This document shows, piece after piece, positions 8,627-16,359 of a DNA stretch of 64,000 nucleotides. Positions within the stretch are counted from its first letter, which is position 1. Each line of letters starts with the position of its first letter. The DNA is from a bacterium (GTDB lineage Bacteria > JACRDZ01 > JAQUKH01): NCBI GenBank assembly GCA_028719205.1, contig JAQUKH010000001.1:80603-144602 (forward strand), in the 5' to 3' direction. Under the pieces are notes generated by a model. That model saw only the letters and a program-made list of their open reading frames with translations. It searched no databases and was not told the origin of the DNA. The position numbers and the translations under genes are program-made.

Positions 8627-8670
8627 GTCAGCATTCAACTTTTGCATAAAATTAGCTGATAGCTGAAAGC
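8627..8670. repeat. family-1 element, half copy
   Basis: gtcagcattcaacttttgcataaaattagctgatagctgaaagc. Confidence 0.55.
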
Positions 8671-8673
8671 TCC

Positions 8674-10176
8674 TTATACAATATGCCCCCCTTTGTCAGG
8701 TTTATTAATATACTTTCGTCCTTTTGCCGTAATTTTGTACTTTTGGAGACGGCTGTTGGGCTTTTCCAGAATGGTTCTTTCAATAAGCCCTTCTGACAAA
8801 AGATCTTGAACCAACCGTTTAAGTGCCCCTGTAACTTGCTTCCTTCCAACTTGCACAGATATCTCAGACATAGAAAGCGGTTTATCCTTTAATGCTATTA
8901 TAACTGACTCGGCCCCTGACTCGGCCCCTGACTCGGCCCCTACAACCGGTTTTAATTTCACTAAAATTTTACGCCATACTGTTAAAATAAAGAACCCATT
9001 TTCTAAATGGAATTCCGGTGGTTTCATGCCTGCTTTTCGGCAATTATCAAACATATCAACAGTTCCGGTTCCAGCCTTTTCGATATATTTTGTCAGAAAA
9101 AGCGGTTCGGCAATCAGCGGATTTCCAGGGTGAGACGAATGAGGCATCGATAAACTCTCAATTGTCAGTGACGGCGGCAAAGTTCCAGGATTCCATACCT
9201 CAAGGCGATCTGCAAAAAGCATAATTTCAACGCTGGCATTGCTTATATAATCACGATGAGCTACTGCATTTACAATTCCCTCCGCGACCACTTCTTGCGG
9301 AATATCATATTCAACAGGAGCTTGCGGCCCTTGCGCCCGTGTTCCAACAAAACGGTTAAGTTTTGACATCACGAAATCAACCGACTGATCGACCATATCA
9401 AAAACCGTTCCCTTGTAAATTTGATATGATGGAATCGGCTTGAGTTTCTGTGTACCGTGAAAATGCATACATTTCACTTCGGAAGTAATCAGAAACCGCT
9501 GTGGTTTGACTCCAAATAATAAAATTGCCGCATGATTCGGTTTCCCTTTATCAAGCAGATCCAGATGGGTCAAAACATCAACAACAGGTGTTGTTTCTGC
9601 TAAAGCGTAATCACGGGCGTTGTGCGCGCGTGAAAGAAACCAGCGAATCTTATCGTCCGAAATATCGGCGACCTCCGCATTAAGACACATCGTCGCGTCA
9701 AATGGCCCGGTGTGGATCCGCCCGGAACCAAGAAGATAATGTACCAGGCTTGCGTAGACAGCTGAATGCAATTCTGGCAATGTATTAAAACGCCGTCGAA
9801 TCAACTGTGCTCCTGCTAAATTGATCAAAGAAATCATCTTTGGATGCCGGGATGCATCGCTATCGCCTTTGACAAAGATATAGCGAGGTTTACTACCCTG
9901 CGATGCCAAAAGAAATTCTTTATGCGTCGCGGACATTCCGTCGGAATCTTCAATGCCATACTTATTACCAAACAGGCCAATATAAATATCGCTCCGTTTA
10001 ACTTCTTCCAAGTACACCTCATCAGCACGGCGATCAGTAGCAGGAATATCCTCAAACAGAAACACATTAAAAAACCTGTTTAATAACGCGTCTCCCTGTA
10101 TATAATCTTTCAGAGCACGGCGTTCTTCGCTAAATTCTTTTTGAACACTGCTGATAAATATTTTATATTTTGTCAT
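8674..10176 (-). CDS. DUF4062-like N-terminal domain + AlbA_2 (Schlafen-like) + HATPase_c_4 + C-terminal winged HTH (RecG-like transcriptional regulator architecture, COG2865)
   Basis: KIFISSVQKEFSEERRALKDYI...SDIYIGLFGNKYG (DUF4062 pattern); ...NAVAHRDY...GTGTVDM... (HATPase_c_4); C-terminal wHTH. Confidence 0.55.
   Translation of the reverse strand: MTKYKIFISSVQKEFSEERRALKDYIQGDALLNRFFNVFLFEDIPATDRRADEVYLEEVKRSDIYIGLFGNKYGIEDSDGMSATHKEFLLASQGSKPRYIFVKGDSDASRHPKMISLINLAGAQLIRRRFNTLPELHSAVYASLVHYLLGSGRIHTGPFDATMCLNAEVADISDDKIRWFLSRAHNARDYALAETTPVVDVLTHLDLLDKGKPNHAAILLFGVKPQRFLITSEVKCMHFHGTQKLKPIPSYQIYKGTVFDMVDQSVDFVMSKLNRFVGTRAQGPQAPVEYDIPQEVVAEGIVNAVAHRDYISNASVEIMLFADRLEVWNPGTLPPSLTIESLSMPHSSHPGNPLIAEPLFLTKYIEKAGTGTVDMFDNCRKAGMKPPEFHLENGFFILTVWRKILVKLKPVVGAESGAESGAESVIIALKDKPLSMSEISVQVGRKQVTGALKRLVQDLLSEGLIERTILEKPNSRLQKYKITAKGRKYINKPDKGGHIV
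8906..8941. repeat. 3x12-nt perfect tandem repeat (gactcggcccct) encoding an (AESG)3 linker
   Basis: Seen directly. Confidence 0.9.
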
Positions 10177-10195
10177 TTTGTTTTGCTAATTTCTT

Positions 10196-12466
10196 TTATT
10201 TATATTCACTGCCACGAACAGGCCAAACAGAATAAAAATAGTTATCATTAAACAAACGAAGCTCTTGACCGTTAGAAAAATCAACAATTCGGCCATCAAT
10301 ATTTATCCAATAGCCCTGACTTTCAGGCACTAAATTAACAAAAGGATGTTGCTCTTGTTTATTATAAACAGTTTTCATTCTTATCAACTCTTTATATGTT
10401 GGCAATCTCCATCCAAAATATTTTTCATAATTTAAATTATTACATGCTAATTCAGCATTTTCCCAAATCACTTTGTTTTTTAAATAATTTGCGTCCTTTA
10501 ACCACAATAGTTTTGTAACATTATCATAAATAACACCATTCCCTAAATCTATGAATTTTGAAGGAAATAAAGCATATTTATTAATTAGTTTGGACCCAGT
10601 TAAATCCATAAATCTTGAAGAAAATTCATATTTTTTATTTAACGCATCATCAATAACATATGCTTCATTAATACTAAAATCTTTTGTCGTTGGAAAATTC
10701 ACTTTGATTTCAGCCCTTAGCAAATTATTTTCAAAATGCTGTTTCAACACTTTTGCCTCTTCTCTTGGAATTAGTATATTTTGTTTACATGTTACTTGAA
10801 TTCCTTTGATTGGTTGTTTTATTCTTATGGTAACGGGGTAAAAATTAAACTCGGAATTGTACTGTCGAAGTTCTAATATTAAATCATTGTATGTTAAAAC
10901 AAATTCATTTTCCGAAAGCTGTTTTAGCCTTTCAATAAATGGCGTGATTTGTTTATAATATTCAGATTCAATTTTACTCGATAATGCCTCAAATTCAGGC
11001 GTTTGCTCTTTATCTAAATTTTCTTTTTCCTTTAATATTTCAATTGACAATCTGTTCTTAAATTCAATTTCTGACTCAAACTCATCTTTATTAGAGTTTA
11101 ATATTTTCCCAAATTTCTCATTAATTCTTATACATATCTGGTTTATTCCATTAGTCAATTCTTTTCTATAATTTTTCTGAATGTCTTTTAATTGTGCGTC
11201 TATTTCCTCCATCTCGTTTATTGTAGCTTCAGGAGAAATTGATCTTAATGTTGCACCTTCCAGCGATTTCCTTTTACCTTCAACTTCCTGTTTAAGCATT
11301 GCTAATCTGGTTTCTTCTTCCTTCTTTTTTTGGATCAATTCATTTTCTTTTTTTAATCGTTCCTTTTCTTCGTCTTCCCTTTTTTTACGGTTTTCTTCCA
11401 ATGCATCTTGTTTTAATTGTTCCGCCCTTAATTTTGCTTCAATTTTTATTTTTTCGATCTCTGCCTGATATTTTGCACTTTCATCATTTGCCTTTAAAGC
11501 AGATTCTTCCAATAATTTTAACCGATCAAGTTCTTTTTGCAGGTTTACAACTTCCGCTTGATTATCTTCCAGTTTGCGTTCAATTGAAGGGATAAAAACA
11601 TAATCTCCTAATCCATATAACTCTCCATATTTTGGTGTTTGTATATGGTTTCTCGCGTTTGCGTCTGAGAATACTTTTTCTTTAAGCGCAGTGCTTATTT
11701 CAGTGGCTGTTATAAAATCATCTGTATTTTCCAGAAGTTCAATAAACCTGCCGGTAAAAACCGAATGGCCTTTAGGCCCGCCGTCTAATACCTGCTGGTC
11801 TTTATCCCCCGCGGTTAACACTTGTCTGACCCGCTCTTTAGAAATTTCTTTCAAATAGTTAAAATCCCTTGCTGTTTCTCTATTTGCCCCTCTTTTTGTT
11901 ACAAGAATTCCGCCATAGCACGCATCAACAATATAGAAAATATGTTTTGCCGGTATTCGTTTTGAAATATCATCTCTAATCATTGTCATAGAAAAATTTT
12001 TATATAATTCTTCTTTTTTGAATGTTCCGTCAAATGGTATAAGATAACCCAAATCCCCTTCCGCTGTTTTTTCCGTATATCCATGCCCTGCCCAGAAAAC
12101 AAAAATCGCGTCTTCTTCTGTAACCTGGCTAAGATTACCTAAAAGAATTTTAGTAATATTTTCTTTTGTAGCATCTTTATTGTATAAGGTAATGATCTTA
12201 TCAAATTTAAAATTCTTCCTGATAGCGTCTTCAACCCCTTTAGCGTCCTTTACCGCATAAGCCAATTGCATGTCATATGGCAAATTTTCATATTGGTCAA
12301 TTCCAATAATAACCGCGTAAGATTTGTTATATAACTTAAGTTCTTTTTTCTCTCCCGATGTTTTATCAACGGCAATGATTTTTATACCGCGGGTATCATT
12401 AATTGCGTATATTCCGCTTGATATAAAACAAGCAATAATTATTAAAAATAATAATTTTAATTTCAT
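10196..12466 (-). CDS. secreted peptidase C14 caspase-domain protein + long coiled coil + C-terminal DUF1566 (Lcl C-terminal-like) domain
   Basis: Signal peptide; FWAGHGY and VDACYGG dyad motifs; E/K/R-rich coiled coil; C-terminal WRLPTYKEL...WPVRG, characteristic of DUF1566. Confidence 0.8.
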   Translation of the reverse strand: MKLKLLFLIIIACFISSGIYAINDTRGIKIIAVDKTSGEKKELKLYNKSYAVIIGIDQYENLPYDMQLAYAVKDAKGVEDAIRKNFKFDKIITLYNKDATKENITKILLGNLSQVTEEDAIFVFWAGHGYTEKTAEGDLGYLIPFDGTFKKEELYKNFSMTMIRDDISKRIPAKHIFYIVDACYGGILVTKRGANRETARDFNYLKEISKERVRQVLTAGDKDQQVLDGGPKGHSVFTGRFIELLENTDDFITATEISTALKEKVFSDANARNHIQTPKYGELYGLGDYVFIPSIERKLEDNQAEVVNLQKELDRLKLLEESALKANDESAKYQAEIEKIKIEAKLRAEQLKQDALEENRKKREDEEKERLKKENELIQKKKEEETRLAMLKQEVEGKRKSLEGATLRSISPEATINEMEEIDAQLKDIQKNYRKELTNGINQICIRINEKFGKILNSNKDEFESEIEFKNRLSIEILKEKENLDKEQTPEFEALSSKIESEYYKQITPFIERLKQLSENEFVLTYNDLILELRQYNSEFNFYPVTIRIKQPIKGIQVTCKQNILIPREEAKVLKQHFENNLLRAEIKVNFPTTKDFSINEAYVIDDALNKKYEFSSRFMDLTGSKLINKYALFPSKFIDLGNGVIYDNVTKLLWLKDANYLKNKVIWENAELACNNLNYEKYFGWRLPTYKELIRMKTVYNKQEQHPFVNLVPESQGYWINIDGRIVDFSNGQELRLFNDNYFYSVWPVRGSEYK

Positions 12467-12470
12467 AATA

Positions 12471-13544
12471 CTATCTTTGACCTACATTATGTCTTTTGAC
12501 ATCATAAAAAGCCACACTTGATGCTTTTATATTATCTTTATTTTTATCTTTAATGTTTGAATCAATATAATATGGCAATGAGAATGAAAAATAATTACCA
12601 ATATCTTCTATTTTAATATTATTATCTTCGGGATTAAAACTGAGAGTAATATCAATGCCGCTTTTTACATTTAGCTTAAGAGCACCACTTAACACGTCAT
12701 CCCATTTTAAAAAATTTAAATTATTAGTATTAAAATTACTATATTGACTAGATTTGACAAATCCACTAACATATTTAAAAATATTCCCTTTTTCATCAGA
12801 TAAAGTTGGGTTAATTTCATAAACTCCTATTATTAAAATCTCTTTATCCAATTGATTAACAACATTTAATAACACTTCAGCTCTTCCCTTTGATAAAACT
12901 TTTACTTGTTTTACAGTAAAAAGTAAATCTCCAACTTTCTTTGAGTTTGAATTTCCGACTGAAGGGACATAGGAAGGAGTATTTTCAGAACTTTGCTGTT
13001 CAAAGGGCTGATTTGATTCAACTATTCCTCTCTCCAGAAGTTCATTTATCGCCTGGGTCTTTGCGATATTTCCTGAAGAAGCGCCAATCACCTTGGCGGT
13101 ACTTATATCTATAATTTTAACTGAAAGCCTTACATTGTCGCCAAACGGGGTAATACTTCCTGTGATAATTGCTTCTACTCCGGCTATCTGCCCCAGCTTT
13201 TTGGCTGATTCAGGGTTTACTAAATCAGATAGTGAAAGTTTATGTTCCCGTAAAAGAGCTTTAAGGTGAATTCTATCCACCACTTCAAATCCTTTCCCTG
13301 CAGAGGTAAGAGTTACTGAAAACTCCTCTGCTAAAAATCTCCCTAATTCGGTTACATTACCCTGAAGGTCTGTGAAATCAACCACAGCTATTGACTTCTT
13401 CCCCGCTTGTGATATATTTTCTGCCATTGTGGCAGACAGGGCGCTTATTTCTTTTTCATAAGCCTTCGATAAATTTGAACCAGACAGTAAAAATACTGTT
13501 GATAAAAGGCAAACAAGAAAAAACTTCTTAATGATACTTTCCAT
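12471..13544 (-). CDS. FlgO/CsgG/LpoB-like fold periplasmic protein (paralogue B)
   Basis: Signal peptide; IAVVDFTDLQGNVTELGRFLAEEF...VVDR..L..LL.E..L pattern. The N-terminal 190 aa are near-identical to 13601..14590. Confidence 0.5.
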   Translation of the reverse strand: MESIIKKFFLVCLLSTVFLLSGSNLSKAYEKEISALSATMAENISQAGKKSIAVVDFTDLQGNVTELGRFLAEEFSVTLTSAGKGFEVVDRIHLKALLREHKLSLSDLVNPESAKKLGQIAGVEAIITGSITPFGDNVRLSVKIIDISTAKVIGASSGNIAKTQAINELLERGIVESNQPFEQQSSENTPSYVPSVGNSNSKKVGDLLFTVKQVKVLSKGRAEVLLNVVNQLDKEILIIGVYEINPTLSDEKGNIFKYVSGFVKSSQYSNFNTNNLNFLKWDDVLSGALKLNVKSGIDITLSFNPEDNNIKIEDIGNYFSFSLPYYIDSNIKDKNKDNIKASSVAFYDVKRHNVGQR

Positions 13545-13600
13545 TATATTAATCCTCCCTTTTTGTAAAAATCTTTATTTCTTATTTCTATCGTTTATCA

Positions 13601-14590
13601 TCATTTTGTTATTGGAATATTGCGAAGCTGGGCAATAATCCATTTGTTGTCTCTATAGCATGGGATTTCTAGCAACGATAGTTTGCTAACATTTTTTGAA
13701 ACTGTTTCAATTTTAAATGTTAATCTCGTTGGCACATCAGAAACAAGCAAATTTCTAGCACATCTGTCCTTATGATTTCCAAGCTCAATACCTTCCGGAC
13801 AATATTCATTCCCAAAATCATCAAAAATTCTTGATGATTTTGTCCAATCAGTACTACCAGTACAACCACAAATCATTATTTCCCTATCGTTTTTATCTTT
13901 ATTAGTAATTATTAAATTACAGGTTATTGTCGTATTAGAAATTTTACACTCTTTTACCTCAAAAAGAAAATCATCCACTTCCACACTTTGCTGTGCTTTT
14001 GTTGGTTTCTGTGATGATATTGTTTGTATTGGTTTACTTACATCTTGTGCTTGAACTTCTGCTTCTATCCCCCTCGCCAAAAGTTCATTAATAGCTTGTG
14101 TTTTAGGAATATTTCCAGCAGTGGCGCCAATAACCTTGGCAGTACTTACATCTAATATTTTAATGGTAAGCCTTACACTTTCACCAAAAGGGGTAAGGCT
14201 TCCTGTAATAATCGCTTCTACTCCGGCTATCTGCCCCAGCTTTTTGGCTGATTCAGGGTTCACTAAATCGGAAAAGGCAAGTTTATGTTCCTTTAAAAGG
14301 GCTTTAAGATGGGTTCTATCTATTACTTCAAATCCTTTTCCAGCCCCGGCAAGAGCAACCGAAAACTCCTCTGCTAAAAATCTTCCAAGCTCGGTTACAT
14401 TACCCTGAAGGTCTGTAAAATCAACTACGGCTATTGTCTTCCTGCCAGCCTGTGTAATATTTTCTGCCATCGTAGCAGACAAAGCGCTTATTTCTTTTTC
14501 ATAAGCCATAGAGAAACCAGAGCCTGACAGCGAAAATATTATTGATAAAAAACAAATAAAATAAAACTTCTTCCATGCATCTTTTTTCAT
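13601..14590 (-). CDS. FlgO/CsgG/LpoB-like fold periplasmic protein (paralogue A) with Cys-rich C-terminal domain
   Basis: Same N-terminal domain. Start at ATG 14590 with AGGAGG RBS; the longer ORF to 14620 would overlap the upstream stop. The C-terminal 120 aa contain 8 Cys. Confidence 0.5.
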   Translation of the reverse strand: MKKDAWKKFYFICFLSIIFSLSGSGFSMAYEKEISALSATMAENITQAGRKTIAVVDFTDLQGNVTELGRFLAEEFSVALAGAGKGFEVIDRTHLKALLKEHKLAFSDLVNPESAKKLGQIAGVEAIITGSLTPFGESVRLTIKILDVSTAKVIGATAGNIPKTQAINELLARGIEAEVQAQDVSKPIQTISSQKPTKAQQSVEVDDFLFEVKECKISNTTITCNLIITNKDKNDREIMICGCTGSTDWTKSSRIFDDFGNEYCPEGIELGNHKDRCARNLLVSDVPTRLTFKIETVSKNVSKLSLLEIPCYRDNKWIIAQLRNIPITK

Positions 14591-14609
14591 TAAATCATTC
14601 CTCCTGTAT

Positions 14610-16070
14610 TTATTTCCCAAATATTAAAGTTAATTTGTTAATAAATTCATCAATTAACGGTTCAGCTAATTTTTTAGTAAACTGATCATCTCTTTTTCCA
14701 TTAATCGCCTGTTTCTGATCCAATCCGAATATCTTTTCTGTTCTATTAATTGAAACAACTTTTTCTTTATTAGAAACTTTGTTTAGGGTTAGAATAGCCT
14801 TAGCTATATAAGATTTTAAACCCATGTTATCCTGAGAAAATTCAATCGAGGTTTCTATAGCTAAATTTAAATCGGGAGTAACATCCTCTAATTTTTCTGT
14901 TTTTTTCTTGTAATCATCTGCTTCTTCATTATTACCTCTATTACGGGCAACTTTTTCTTTAGCAGTAAAAATGTTTTTTTGGCCTGTGATTTCATCCAAT
15001 TTTTGTGAATTATAAATATGCCAACCAGCTTCTGTAAGTTTTTGATCCAATAATGTCTCTAAAATATCACTACCTTCTCCTTTTATTTCCATAATTACAT
15101 TTTTAGGAACAAGTTTTATCTGTTTTTCTTTTGATTCTACAACAGGAGCTGATACTTCCTCTTTTTGAGTTACAGGTTGTGGAGCAGTAACCTGTTTCGG
15201 TGAAGAATCAGACGGCACAATAAATACAAACTCGCCTCCCTCAGATCCCGGCAAATTGCCAAATTCCGGTGTCTGTTCTGCAAGCTCCGCTACTTTTGGC
15301 TGAATATAAGAGTTTATTTCTGAGGCAGTGATAATACCATCGCCATTATAGTCGGCCATACCTGTACTTAACGCCTCTAGGAAAGTTCCTGTAAAGGCGG
15401 AATGGTTCTTATAACCGCCATCACTTACCGGCTCCTTGCCTCCGGCGGTTAGGGCCTGCCGGGCTTTCCGTTTTGTGATTTCCTGTAAGTATCGCGGATG
15501 TTCCTTATCCACCGCCGCTGCGCGCGTGGTAAAGAACATACCTGAATAACAGGCATCAAGCACCATATAGATTTGTTTAGCCTTGATATCTTTTAAAATA
15601 TCTTTTAGCTCGGTCATGGAAATCGCGGTGACTCTGTATTCCCCCTGCCGAAAATCAACCGGTATGAGGTAACCATTATCTAAACTACTTTCCCCATGCC
15701 CGGCAAAATAGACTAATAATCTATCTCTATCACCTATTTTATAGGGCAATTCGTCCCCAAGTATTTGCAAAATTCCGCTTTTTGTGGCTTTATTATCATA
15801 CAGGGTAAAAATATGATCCTCCGCGAATCCATATTTATCCTGAAGCATTTGTTTTACCGCCTTAGCATCATTTACAGCATACTTGAGCTTTCCAACCTTT
15901 TGATAATCATCAATTCCTACCACCACCGCCCAGCTTTGTCCAAAGGGCTCCAGAACTTCCCCGTCTTTAGCGACAATCTTAATACTACGTAATCCCTCTG
16001 CGGCATAACCCAAAGTTGTATTAAATATAACCGATATTATGAATAAAACTATAATACGTCTGATATGCAT
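14610..16070 (-). CDS. secreted peptidase C14 caspase-domain protein with uncharacterised C-terminal domain
   Basis: About 85% aa identity to 1046..2500 over the caspase domain (YFAGHG, LDACYSG); the C-terminal 200 aa have no recognisable motif. Confidence 0.85.
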   Translation of the reverse strand: MHIRRIIVLFIISVIFNTTLGYAAEGLRSIKIVAKDGEVLEPFGQSWAVVVGIDDYQKVGKLKYAVNDAKAVKQMLQDKYGFAEDHIFTLYDNKATKSGILQILGDELPYKIGDRDRLLVYFAGHGESSLDNGYLIPVDFRQGEYRVTAISMTELKDILKDIKAKQIYMVLDACYSGMFFTTRAAAVDKEHPRYLQEITKRKARQALTAGGKEPVSDGGYKNHSAFTGTFLEALSTGMADYNGDGIITASEINSYIQPKVAELAEQTPEFGNLPGSEGGEFVFIVPSDSSPKQVTAPQPVTQKEEVSAPVVESKEKQIKLVPKNVIMEIKGEGSDILETLLDQKLTEAGWHIYNSQKLDEITGQKNIFTAKEKVARNRGNNEEADDYKKKTEKLEDVTPDLNLAIETSIEFSQDNMGLKSYIAKAILTLNKVSNKEKVVSINRTEKIFGLDQKQAINGKRDDQFTKKLAEPLIDEFINKLTLIFGK

Positions 16071-16189
16071 AAGTTGTGCCCCCCTATATCAACTTCCACT
16101 ATAAACCAAATAATCAACAATCTTTAGTCTGTATCTTTCCTTTATATTGGTGTATTTTATTTTCAAACTTATACTTCATACTTAATATA

Positions 16190-16206
16190 TGCAATTACCG
16201 TGCCAA
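16190..16206 (-). promoter_or_regulatory. sigma-54 (-24/-12) promoter. Minus-strand sense TTGGCACGGTAATTGCA; about 120 nt upstream of the caspase start at 16070.
   Basis: Consensus TGGCAC-N5-TTGCA. Confidence 0.65.
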
Positions 16207-16341
16207 AGTGTTCATTTGTACAAAAATAAATAAAAATAATCTGTTTCTCTCAATTTTGTTCCGGATTCCCGATAAAAACATTCGTAAATTACGGCATACG
16301 TTAAAAAAAATGACCTATTCCTCAAAAGCCTCAATTATGAA

Positions 16342-16359
16342 TGCATGGAATTCCATGCA
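16342..16359. promoter_or_regulatory. perfect 18-bp palindrome TGCATGGAATTCCATGCA, putative EBP enhancer (UAS) about 146 bp upstream of the sigma-54 promoter, abutting the EBP stop codon
   Basis: Seen directly; its core recurs at 8577-8591 with equivalent spacing to the second sigma-54 promoter. Confidence 0.5.

Noticed and set aside
2661-8670. Heptad arrays considered as a CRISPR array
   Set aside because: Units are 7 nt with no unique spacers of 25-40 nt. The elements are imperfect palindromes separated by whole genes, not a repeat-spacer array. No cas genes.
2661-8670. Integron-like cassette array (ORF plus imperfect palindrome, all co-oriented)
   Set aside because: There is no intI gene in the window. 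The arms lack the attC R'/R'' core sites (GTTRRRY / RYYYAAC). Kept only as a remote possibility.
8652-8849. 65-aa minus-strand ORF overlapping the 3' end of 8674..10176
   Set aside because: Alternative frame of the same region; no RBS or motif.
16342-16359. GAATTC-centred palindrome as a mere restriction-site coincidence
   Set aside because: It is an 18-bp perfect palindrome whose core recurs once, at an equivalent distance from a second sigma-54 promoter. This is too structured for chance.
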